The notes beneath the pieces are model-generated. The model had not been told where the DNA came from and made no database searches. It was given only the letters and a program-made list of their open reading frames with translations. Shown one piece after another: positions 46,493-54,945 of a DNA stretch of 60,468 bases (position 1 is the first letter of the stretch; each line of letters starts with the position of its first letter). Origin of the DNA: a virus. Its lineage: Duplodnaviria > Caudoviricetes. The position numbers and the translations under genes are program-made. Location: the IMG/VR virus record IMGVR_UViG_3300046786_000249, positions 1 through 60,468 of that record; one strand, written 5' to 3'.

Positions 46493-47476
46493 TTACTTCT
46501 TCACGTAGGCGTTCACCAGAGCCTCGGGCTTGGTGACTTTGAAGCCGTACACGTTCAAGCCGCGCACGATGTTGCCGAAGGTCGACTGAGCACGCAGGGT
46601 CTCCACGTTCGTCATCTGCGAAGCGAAGGAGATCGCGTCGCGGGTGCCGCCCATGATGTTCCATGCGTAGCTGTCGGCTGCACCACCGGTGCCACCAGAA
46701 GCACTGTCCGAACCCAGGTCGGTGACGCGGGTCAGGTTGTTGCTGATGTAGACGGTGAAGCGGTCGATCATGCCGATCTTGCCGTTGCGCAGCGGGGTAA
46801 CGCTGTCACCGGTCAAGTAGGCTTGCTTCAGGTCGGAGCGCTTGATCAGCGAAGCCATCCAAGCGGGCAGGACAACCCAACGACCCTCTTCGGGAACGTT
46901 CTGCTCGTCCAAGCACTGGCCCATGTCCAGGATGATGTCCAGGACGGTGTCCTTGGTGGCCTGGCGGGGAGCGCCGGTGGCACCCAGGTTGATGTCGCCA
47001 GAGACGGCACCAGCGGTGGCGCCCTTGTTGGCGGAGGCTGCGTCGGCGTACACCGAGCCCAACACGTCGCCGTCGATCGCGATCTTCATTTGCTGAGATG
47101 CGTCGTTGGTGAACATGTCCATCAGCTTGACGTCGGCTTGGGTAGCGTCCACGTCGTCCAGAACGACGGCGAAGTACTTGCCCTTGTCGATGTTCAGCTC
47201 CAAGGGGGTGCTGGTCGGAACCTGGTTGGTCAGGTTCTGGCCCTTGGAGTAGTTGCTGATGGTGATGGTCGGGATGGTGCGGATGTTGACCTTGTCGCCT
47301 TGGCCCTTGATCTCGCCTTCCCAGTCGTTGTTCGTGATCTCACCGAGGACGGTGGACTTGTAGAACTTGACCTGGAGTTTGCCAGACCAAATCTCGGGGA
47401 TGAAACCCGAGGCGCCAGAGTAGGAGTCGACGCCAGAACCGGCGCCGTAGTAGTTTCCAGAAGTTGCGAGAGACAT
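46493..47476 (-). CDS. Major capsid protein
   Basis: FIPEIWSGKL...WEGEIK..GDKVNIR, VRGLNVYGFKV; follows the scaffold and precedes a strong terminator. Confidence 0.9.
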   Translation of the reverse strand: MSLATSGNYYGAGSGVDSYSGASGFIPEIWSGKLQVKFYKSTVLGEITNNDWEGEIKGQGDKVNIRTIPTITISNYSKGQNLTNQVPTSTPLELNIDKGKYFAVVLDDVDATQADVKLMDMFTNDASQQMKIAIDGDVLGSVYADAASANKGATAGAVSGDINLGATGAPRQATKDTVLDIILDMGQCLDEQNVPEEGRWVVLPAWMASLIKRSDLKQAYLTGDSVTPLRNGKIGMIDRFTVYISNNLTRVTDLGSDSASGGTGGAADSYAWNIMGGTRDAISFASQMTNVETLRAQSTFGNIVRGLNVYGFKVTKPEALVNAYVKK

Positions 47477-47501
47477 GATGCGTACCTTTGAAGGTGCTCA
47501 G

Positions 47502-48440
47502 TCAGCGCACACGTTTCTCCGTGACTGCTAACTGAATTTCCTGATCGATGGCAGCAGCCTTCTCAGCACTGAACTCTCCGCGGCGATCACGGGCATAGAA
47601 GTCCGCAATCTCTCCACGCGTCCAGATCTTCTTGCCCTGCGGCGGCGCGTCTACACGCGACGTAGGCGGGGCGATCTGTGAGTCCAACGATGTGTTGGCT
47701 TCTGCCGCTTTTTCTTGCTGAACCTTTTTGTACGCGTTGAAGAATCTGGCAACACGACCCGCGTCGCGCTTCTCTTCTGCCTGCGACAGAATCTGTTGGC
47801 GTTGCATGCCGGTCAGGTCATCGACCTCGCCCAGCCAGGTGTGAAACTCGGGATCGTCGTTGATCGTCACCCAGTCCGGAACCGATTGAGCCAGAGCTTC
47901 GTAGAAGCCGACTTCCTTCGTTTCCACCGTTGCGACCTGGACCTGATCCAGCTTCCGACGAAGTTCAGCGAGTTCCGCATCCTTTGACTGAACCTCTTCG
48001 CGCGCAGCGCGACGGATCAGATCAACCAGCGGCTCACCAAACTCGTTCACCTCTTCCGGCTTCACCAGCGATTCCTTCGGTTTCGCAAGCGATGCCTTCA
48101 ACGCCTCCACTTCTTCGGTCAGGCTATTCAACTTCGCATCACGCTCCTTGATTGCCGCATGCAGTCGTGGAACCTCGGCGTTGTATTTGCCGGTCAGCGT
48201 CTTGAATCGCGATTCCCACTTCTCGTCTCCCTCGGTGTTTGCCGGAGGGGTGGCCGCGGGTGCCGGATTTGCCGTTGCTGCTGGTTCACTCGGAGGCGGC
48301 GTAGGGGCCGGGTCCGAAGCAGGAGGATCACCTGGCGGGGGATCGTTCTGCTGCTGCTGGGGCTGGCGAGCCGTTTGCAGTCGTTGAAGAGCTTCTTCTG
48401 CCTTTCTTTCCGCCTCGAGGACGGCGCGTGGTAGGTTCAA
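47502..48440 (-). CDS. Capsid scaffolding protein
   Basis: Pro-rich linker, FKTLTGKYNAEVPRL, PDWVTINDDPEF; AAGGAG before a TTG start. Confidence 0.8.
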   Translation of the reverse strand: MNLPRAVLEAERKAEEALQRLQTARQPQQQQNDPPPGDPPASDPAPTPPPSEPAATANPAPAATPPANTEGDEKWESRFKTLTGKYNAEVPRLHAAIKERDAKLNSLTEEVEALKASLAKPKESLVKPEEVNEFGEPLVDLIRRAAREEVQSKDAELAELRRKLDQVQVATVETKEVGFYEALAQSVPDWVTINDDPEFHTWLGEVDDLTGMQRQQILSQAEEKRDAGRVARFFNAYKKVQQEKAAEANTSLDSQIAPPTSRVDAPPQGKKIWTRGEIADFYARDRRGEFSAEKAAAIDQEIQLAVTEKRVR

Positions 48441-48571
48441 TTCACACTCCTTGAGCCTTCACTTCGCTCTCGGGGTGCCTCTGTTGGGGCCTATCCCGAC
48501 TGCTTCGATCCGGTGTTCTCGGTGCCAACATAATCCGCTGTTGGTCCTGCGGTTTGCCCCGACGGGGCGAA

Positions 48572-48802
48572 TCACAACTTGCGGAGGGTGGCTCGGGCTG
48601 CTTCCTTCTTTTTCAAGAACTCGGCGATCACCTGAGATCCTCCTTGCTGCCATCGCGTTAGGACCTCGTCCCTCTGCGTGTCAGTGTCGGTGCGGATGGT
48701 AACTAGGGATTTCCCCAACCATGCACAGATTTCTTCAAAGTCCGGATTGCCATCAAGCGCAGAGAACGCCTGAAGCACCCGGACGTTGGCCTGCTCGAGC
48801 AT
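48572..48802 (-). CDS. Small head-associated hypothetical protein
   Basis: 76 aa with RWQQG motif, between portal and scaffold. Confidence 0.65.
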   Translation of the reverse strand: MLEQANVRVLQAFSALDGNPDFEEICAWLGKSLVTIRTDTDTQRDEVLTRWQQGGSQVIAEFLKKKEAARATLRKL

Positions 48803-49029
48803 CAGCGCTTGGCCTTCTTGTCGGCCATTAGGCCGTACTGGCTGGCGCTCATCTTGCCGCTGGCCAGGGCCTTGCCCTTAGCCAAGAGCGCGGCGCGAGA
48901 GGACTTGTCGCCCTCTTTCTTTTCCGCGCGCACGTACTGAGCCGGGGTCACTTTGCCCGAGCGCACCTTGCGCGCTTCGGCCATCTCTTCGGCCTTGTTG
49001 TCTTTTCCTGCGAAGGGCTTGGTCGCCAT
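48802..49029 (-). CDS. Small Lys/Ala-rich basic protein
   Basis: AAGGAG RBS; internal repeat SGKVTPAQY / SGKMSASQY. Confidence 0.65.
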   Translation of the reverse strand: MATKPFAGKDNKAEEMAEARKVRSGKVTPAQYVRAEKKEGDKSSRAALLAKGKALASGKMSASQYGLMADKKAKR

Positions 49030-49039
49030 GTGATTCTCC

Positions 49040-51055
49040 TTACTGGACCAGGTTGGCATCGACACCACCGGCGGGATTGCCAGCGGCGTCTAGGGTTTGG
49101 GGTGCGGGCATCTGCTGCTGTTGCTGTTGCTGCATTTCCATCGCTTGCTGCATCTGCATGCGCTCCTCGATGAACTCGAGCTTCTCGGTGGTGGGCACCA
49201 GCTTGTCGGTGTCCATCTGGAGGGACTCGGCCACTTCGCGCAGCAGGTAGGCGCGACCTTTGGCGCCGACGATCTGCATGTCGATCTCGTTCTGGGTTGC
49301 CTGGAGGAACTCGTTGCGACGCATCTGCAACTGCTCCTTGGCGACTAGGCCCATGGCCCCGCGAGCGACGACCTTGAAGTCGCCTTTGCAGGAGACGTCC
49401 GGGTCGTAGATCATGTTGTGGTTGTAGAGGCGCTCGACCAGGGCGGAGACCACGAAGTCCACCGACACGATCGCGCCCTTGATGCCCTTGGCCGCGTTGT
49501 CCATCAGCATCGACAGACCCGACGCCGTGCGACCAGCGCCACCAGCCTGGCCTGCGCCGTAGACGTAGTTCGGGATGCCGGTCACTTCATCGGCCTGGCG
49601 GCTGAAGTACTGGTAGACAGCCATCAGCGGCTCGGCGTTCATGTTGGGCTGGAAGAACCGGATGGCAGGCTGGCCACCACCGGTGCGGTCAGACGTCGTC
49701 TGCCACAGTTTCCAGGGGTACATCTGCGTGACGTTCTCGCCGTCAGGCAGGCGGTCGACAGTCACCTCGGCCTGAGGACCGGAGGCGATGCCCATGTTGT
49801 TCGCCAGGCTGCGAGCTGCCGCGTTGCACATGATCTGCACGTCGCGCATCTGCTCGGGCAGGGCCACCCCCCAGAAGGATCCGGGGATCGGAACCCAGCT
49901 TGCGATCTCGTAGGGGCGAGCTCCCAGCGGATCTGGGTTCAGGATGGCCTTGATGATGAAAGGACCAACCTGCCAGATGTTGACCTCGTACTCGCGGTTC
50001 CACTGGATCTTCTTGTCCTTCATGCCCCAATCCATCAAGGTTTTCCCTGATACGGAGCCCCAGTACTCGATGGCCTCGATGACCTCCTTGGTGTAGAGGC
50101 GGGCGTGGGGTTTGCCCTCGAGGCGGTCACGCTCCTGGTCGCCCATGAGCCACTGGCGGAAACCTTGTTCGCCGAATCGCTCGAGCACCTGGTCGATGTC
50201 CTTGTCGCTGTACCCAGGTGTGCCGCGCATGGTTTGCAGACCGGCGCGGGTCAGGCGGTGACGCTGGATCAGGTAGCCGTCGTTGACGTTGCTGGCGTTG
50301 GGTGAGGGGAACATGTCGTGAGGTGAAACGCGCTCGGTCTGGCGAACGTGGTCGTGGATCACGATCGGCTTGTGGCCAGGACCCCAGGTCAGGCGCTTCT
50401 CGCGGCGGATCACCGGACCCTTCAGGATCGCGGTGGGGTAGGTCACGAAGTCGTCGATGAACTCACGCAGGGCGCGATCGAAGCCGCCCGCGTTGAGCTG
50501 GTCCTCGATCTTGTTCTCCATGCGCACGGCCTTGTTCTTGGCCTCCTCGCGCATCTTGTCCACGATCGTGTCGTGAACCTGCTCCATGCGAACGCGGAAC
50601 GCCTCGGGGTGGACGGCGCCGCCAGACTGGACGAACTCCATCATTTCCATGCGGACCAGGTCTACGATGCCAGCGGAGATCTCGGGCGGGAGCTCGGGCT
50701 CCCTGGCGGGTGAGAGCTCGTAGGCACGGCGACCCGCACCCAGCATCACGTCGGTGATCCAGTTGTACGCCGCTCGAGCCTTGACGTCGGTCAGCCGCAT
50801 GTAGATGTCGGAGCCACCGGTCTGCGCGATCTCCATCGCCTTCTCGGGGTCGTAGACACCGCGGCGCTGGCGCTCGTTCTGGAGGAGCCGCTCGGTCAGC
50901 TCGGTCTTGGCGAACTTGGCTCGCTCCCAGGCCTCGCTGACGTGGCGTGAAAGGTCGGAGCCGTAGCTCTCGATCAGGTCATTCTTCTGAACGACTTGTA
51001 CGTCGATCTCGGTGGGCGCCTGAACCGCCACCATTTGTAATCCCATTGCACTCAT
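49040..51055 (-). CDS. Portal protein (podovirus type)
   Basis: ~670 aa directly after terL; ADEVTGIP...GAGRTASGLSMLM; Gln-rich barrel-like C-terminus. Confidence 0.9.
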   Translation of the reverse strand: MSAMGLQMVAVQAPTEIDVQVVQKNDLIESYGSDLSRHVSEAWERAKFAKTELTERLLQNERQRRGVYDPEKAMEIAQTGGSDIYMRLTDVKARAAYNWITDVMLGAGRRAYELSPAREPELPPEISAGIVDLVRMEMMEFVQSGGAVHPEAFRVRMEQVHDTIVDKMREEAKNKAVRMENKIEDQLNAGGFDRALREFIDDFVTYPTAILKGPVIRREKRLTWGPGHKPIVIHDHVRQTERVSPHDMFPSPNASNVNDGYLIQRHRLTRAGLQTMRGTPGYSDKDIDQVLERFGEQGFRQWLMGDQERDRLEGKPHARLYTKEVIEAIEYWGSVSGKTLMDWGMKDKKIQWNREYEVNIWQVGPFIIKAILNPDPLGARPYEIASWVPIPGSFWGVALPEQMRDVQIMCNAAARSLANNMGIASGPQAEVTVDRLPDGENVTQMYPWKLWQTTSDRTGGGQPAIRFFQPNMNAEPLMAVYQYFSRQADEVTGIPNYVYGAGQAGGAGRTASGLSMLMDNAAKGIKGAIVSVDFVVSALVERLYNHNMIYDPDVSCKGDFKVVARGAMGLVAKEQLQMRRNEFLQATQNEIDMQIVGAKGRAYLLREVAESLQMDTDKLVPTTEKLEFIEERMQMQQAMEMQQQQQQQMPAPQTLDAAGNPAGGVDANLVQ

Positions 51056-52518
51056 GTCCATCCCCTATGTGGCGCGGTCTGGACGGATCTGGCCTTCACA
51101 GGGCTCAGGCCATTTCGCACCCTCATGCACAAATACTGGAGAGCGTCGTGAGGATGGGAGAACCCATCCTTGACGGGCCGGTCTCTGTATCGCGCCTGGC
51201 CTGAGGTCTTCAGACGTTCGTAGCGGTAGCGACCATTGAATCCTTTGCGAAGGGTCGTGCAGCTCGGGTCCAGCAAGAGACCACCGGCGCCATCGATCAT
51301 TCGCGTCAGGAAGAACGCCACCGATTCTCGCCGGGGAACGAAGTCGTTCGTTGGCGCTGGGTCGGTGGGGATGCCCAGCTCGAGCAGCTCCTGCAAGCAG
51401 GTTCGCTCGTCGGTCTGCGCCCGGATCTGACCGGCGGGGTCGCCTTCAGAGAACCGGGCGAAGCCGTTGTATTTGTTGGTCAGGATCGGTCGCACCACGT
51501 CGGATGTGAACTGCCTGATACCCATGTCCTCGGAGACGATCTCCTCGAGGATGCGGAGCTGACCGGTGGGCATTTGCTGCCCGATGATGCAAGCCGGTGT
51601 CAGTCCAAAGTCCCAACCCAGGATGATCGGCAGACCACGCACCGGCTGGAGCGGCTTGTCGCTCACATGCAGGCGATCGTTCCACTCGGGGTAGACGGGC
51701 TTGCCGTCCGAGGTCGTGCCGTAGTTGCCGAGCAGGAAGACGTTGATCCACTGCTCTTGTTTGCCGCCGAGCTGGCGCATGTAGTACTCATGGCCAGAGG
51801 GCAGGTTGTCGATGTTCTCGGCGTCGGGGTTGGGCTTGTACTCGCCGTCCGCCAGGTCGAGGTACAGGCCACCTGGTTGGCGGAAGAACTTGAAGCCCTT
51901 GGGCGTTTCGGTCTCGGCGAACTGATACCACCAGTGGTCGTCGTCCGGCGGGTTGGTGTCCATGATCACGCCGGTCCAACTGGGCCCACCCTTGAGCTTG
52001 GACGGGTAGCGCCCCACACGCTGGGTACACATGTCGAAGATGCCCTTGGCGATCTCCGACGCTTCGTTGATCCAGACGCCGGTGAGTTCCAGGGAGCGCA
52101 GCTTCCCGGTGTCGAGCTCTGAGTCCAGCGCCAGGAAGATCACCTCGAGCTCGAGGGCCGTGCCGTCGCCGATGTCATCGATCCGCATGAAGCTGGTGAT
52201 CGGCGTGTCCCAGCGAATGGGTGCGACGTTCTGCGGGAACCAGGTCTGCCAGGTTTTGATCGTCGTGGACTTCAGCTCGGGGTAGGTGTTTCGGACGATG
52301 GCCCATCGCGATCGCCGGACGTTGTCGTACCAGGGGCGCTGGGCGATGGCCCGCATGACGATTTCGGAGCAGCAGGCAGACGACTTGCCAGAACCGACAG
52401 GACCCATGAGGCCCCGGACGAAGGAGGAGTCTTGGTGGAAGAGGGCGGCATTTGGACCTGGGGGGAAGTAGGTGACAACCCCTTCATCGGCGAACTCTTG
52501 AACTACGAGCTCGCTCAT
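51052..52518 (-). CDS. terL: Terminase large subunit
   Basis: GPVGSGKS, IVRNTYPEL, WINEASE, DTNPP, GWDFG and SHPHDALQY motifs. Confidence 0.95.
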   Translation of the reverse strand: MSELVVQEFADEGVVTYFPPGPNAALFHQDSSFVRGLMGPVGSGKSSACCSEIVMRAIAQRPWYDNVRRSRWAIVRNTYPELKSTTIKTWQTWFPQNVAPIRWDTPITSFMRIDDIGDGTALELEVIFLALDSELDTGKLRSLELTGVWINEASEIAKGIFDMCTQRVGRYPSKLKGGPSWTGVIMDTNPPDDDHWWYQFAETETPKGFKFFRQPGGLYLDLADGEYKPNPDAENIDNLPSGHEYYMRQLGGKQEQWINVFLLGNYGTTSDGKPVYPEWNDRLHVSDKPLQPVRGLPIILGWDFGLTPACIIGQQMPTGQLRILEEIVSEDMGIRQFTSDVVRPILTNKYNGFARFSEGDPAGQIRAQTDERTCLQELLELGIPTDPAPTNDFVPRRESVAFFLTRMIDGAGGLLLDPSCTTLRKGFNGRYRYERLKTSGQARYRDRPVKDGFSHPHDALQYLCMRVRNGLSPVKARSVQTAPHRGWT

Positions 52519-52748
52519 TTGGGAAGGTTGGCATTCAGGTTGAATGTGATGCCGCTGCCCCCGGTCTCGATCTTGACGTCAGACAGGCTGGGGAGGGACT
52601 TGTCCAGCAGGATCTTGATCGCCTGAACCTGCTGCTGGGTAAGGGTGACCTTACCTTCAGCGCAGTGGGTCAGCCGGTTGATGAGCTGGCTGGCCTGGAT
52701 CTTGGCGCGTACTTCTTCTTGATGGTTCTTACGTAGACGTGCTGCCAT
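52515..52748 (-). CDS. terS: Terminase small subunit (putative)
   Basis: RAKIQASQLINRL...AIKILLDKSLP; coupled to terL. Confidence 0.7.
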   Translation of the reverse strand: MAARLRKNHQEEVRAKIQASQLINRLTHCAEGKVTLTQQQVQAIKILLDKSLPSLSDVKIETGGSGITFNLNANLPK

Positions 52749-52751
52749 GTG

Positions 52752-53165
52752 GGCCTCGCATTGTTGCTGAGGCCGATTTTGTCTGGGGATTTCTCGATTG
52801 AAGTTGGCGCGGGCTCACATGAAGCAGTGTTGCGGCTGTTGCACTCGATACATTGATTCGCCCGGCGCTAACCCGGTTCCCGGCCAACACGACTGGGGAC
52901 TGTCTGCCGACAAATGGCAGTCCCTGCAAAGAAACCGCGTTGCAGCGCGGCCAATCCCCATGCGTGTGGGCGGTGCCTTACGGGCACCAGTCGATCGGAT
53001 CATCCAGGTGGAGGTGGCCTGAGGCTGGTCCTGGACTCCGACTGCGGACGTTATTGCCCCCACCTTCCGCTGGGGTCATGAACAACCGAAAAATCCCGGC
53101 TGAACCACTGGCTTTCACCAGCGGCTCAATCCTAGTTGGGGGTTATCGGCTGGCTCAAGACCCCA
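52752..53165 (-). ncRNA. Candidate multi-domain structured RNA / late-operon leader
   Basis: Four to five contiguous paired domains; several positions pair as G-U on the minus strand but mismatch as C-A on the plus strand (see findings). Confidence 0.6.
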
Positions 53166-53213
53166 CTTCAAAGACCACCTGGCACACTTCCTGCAAATAT
53201 AGATAACCATACT

Positions 53214-53373
53214 GGTTACCATATCCACCTTTGGTAACCAGACTGGTAACCATAAGTCCTTTGGTAACCAGACCTTAGATACCCTCCGGACAATTCTGAA
53301 AGAATTACTACCGGACTTCTGGTAACCAGACCTTATTGACCAGATCCTTTGGTTACCTTACCCATTGGTTACC
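53214..53373. repeat. Array of seven GGTWACC palindromes
   Basis: Copies start at 53214, 53233, 53245, 53263, 53321, 53351 and 53367; TGGTAACCAGAC occurs three times; AT-richer context. Confidence 0.9.
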
Positions 53374-53408
53374 GTTCTTCTGTCTAACCTACTCATTACA
53401 TTCGTAGG

Positions 53409-53678
53409 TTAGACGGAGCTTGCTGCTTTGAAGGCCTCTCCAGCCGCAGCAAACGACTTCAAAAGCTGAGCCGCCAGCTTGTTGAGGTCATCCAAGCTCC
53501 CAAACTCCCGCAAATCCAGGTCTGCCTCGAAGGCATGGGTCTCTCCGTAGATCCAAACCAGCCCGTGAACCCTCACCAACCACGGCGCATAGACCAACTG
53601 GCTCGATTCCTCGACCAGAACCTCCCTCAACGGCTCGTATTGACGCAGCCAATCCTGAACTTCCTGTGCCTTGAGCAT
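53409..53678 (-). CDS. Hypothetical protein
   Basis: 89-aa ORF with GGGGTG upstream of ATG. Confidence 0.6.
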   Translation of the reverse strand: MLKAQEVQDWLRQYEPLREVLVEESSQLVYAPWLVRVHGLVWIYGETHAFEADLDLREFGSLDDLNKLAAQLLKSFAAAGEAFKAASSV

Positions 53679-54179
53679 GTTTCACCCCCGTCTGTTGAAA
53701 ATTCAATCCTAACCGGGGGTCCCAAAGGCCCCCGTAGGAGCCTTTTTTGGGTCCGGTACGGGGGTAGGCCTATCCCACCCCCAGAAAACGCAGCCAAGAG
53801 GCTATGCAGCAGCCGGATCACCCCCGGCTAAAGGGTAGGGCAGGGGTCTGGAACAAAAAGCAGAGGGTCGTACGTGGATATGGGTACGTGCTGGAGTCCT
53901 CAGACCCCCCTAGTTCCACCCCATGGGCCCATGGCCACCCCCTTTCCCAGGCCACCTGACCTAGGTCATCCGACTGATCGTTAATCCGTCACGGACTTAG
54001 GCCAGTGCTTGGTCTCAGACCTCGGTGTGTTGAAAGCGTACCGACTTATGGCCTGCTCCTATCGGGAGCAGTCCAACGTCGGAACTGCTTCTTTGGTTGT
54101 AGTTTTTGTCCCTTTTGTACAGGTTTTGACTCCCGTCCGGGTTTCTGCCTGTCCCCACAACACTTTTTGGAGCTGACTT

Positions 54180-54341
54180 ATGCAAATCCTTCTCGCCTTC
54201 ACCATGATCTTCGCCCTGCTGATGATTGGCTTCTGCGTGATAGCCATTGCCGTCGAAGGCATGACCTTCGCGTTCGGAGTGGTTGCTATCGCCTGCTTCC
54301 TTCTCGTCGGCTACGTCGCCGCCTCGAAGGTGCGTGAGTAA
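54180..54341 (+). CDS. Small two-TM membrane protein (53 aa; not in ORF track)
   Basis: GGAG RBS; MQILLAFTMIFALLMIGFCVIAIAVEGMTFAFGVVAIACFLLVGYVAASKVRE. Confidence 0.7.
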   Translation: MQILLAFTMIFALLMIGFCVIAIAVEGMTFAFGVVAIACFLLVGYVAASKVRE

Positions 54342-54460
54342 GGCTTCTCCGCTCCGGAGACATCGTTCGTTTTCTTGCCCCTCTCTGCGAGAGGCGCAAG
54401 AACTCTCTGTTTTGTTTTTCGTTTTGTTTCTTTCAACCCTTCCTTTTTTTGGAGTTAATC

Positions 54461-54934
54461 ATGAACGTTCCCATGACCGGTTTCTTCACCACCCGTAACA
54501 CCGCCGTTGCTCAGGCTCCCACGCCTGCTCAGATCAACTGGTTTCAAGGTCGAGGCATCGCCGTGCCTGCCAGCCGCGAGGAAGCCGCCAAGACCATGGC
54601 CAGCATCATCGCCAGCGAGGAGACGCGTGCTCCCAGCCGTGCTCAGCTCGGCATGGCCTACATGACAGGCGTTGGCCTGGGTTGGGCAGGCAAGGATCTG
54701 CCTGGTGCTGGGGTTCGCGAGATCTCCACCCAGATCGCGCTGCTCCAGGCTGTCGAGCAGGTTCAGCGTGCCCTGCTGGACGACGCCAAGTCCCAGGAAG
54801 ACGTGGACTCGGCTCTGCACCACCTCATCGGCAAGGTGCTCGAGCGCTTCGCCAAGCCGATGCCCGTGGAGCGTCGCACCGCCCGCGCTCAGGTCGCCGA
54901 GAGCACCGCGCAGGCCGAAGCCGCTCCGATGTAA
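54461..54934 (+). CDS. Hypothetical protein
   Basis: GGAG RBS, strongly biased codons; PTPAQ / PSRAQ internal repeat. Confidence 0.75.
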   Translation: MNVPMTGFFTTRNTAVAQAPTPAQINWFQGRGIAVPASREEAAKTMASIIASEETRAPSRAQLGMAYMTGVGLGWAGKDLPGAGVREISTQIALLQAVEQVQRALLDDAKSQEDVDSALHHLIGKVLERFAKPMPVERRTARAQVAESTAQAEAAPM

Positions 54935-54945
54935 CAACCAGGCAG

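Noticed and set aside
49112-49160. CAG/CAA poly-Gln run at the portal C-terminus
   Set aside because: Gln-rich barrel tails are ordinary in podovirus portals
52995-53068. HDV-like, pistol, twister or hammerhead ribozyme assignment for the pseudoknotted domains
   Set aside because: Required catalytic-core consensus elements were not found by eye; left as unassigned structure
52729-53206. Short ORFs listed in the terS-upstream region
   Set aside because: No RBS, atypical codon use and mutual overlap; the pairing pattern explains the region better
53214-53373. GGTWACC array as a mini-CRISPR
   Set aside because: Repeats are 7-12 bp with irregular 5-50 bp spacing
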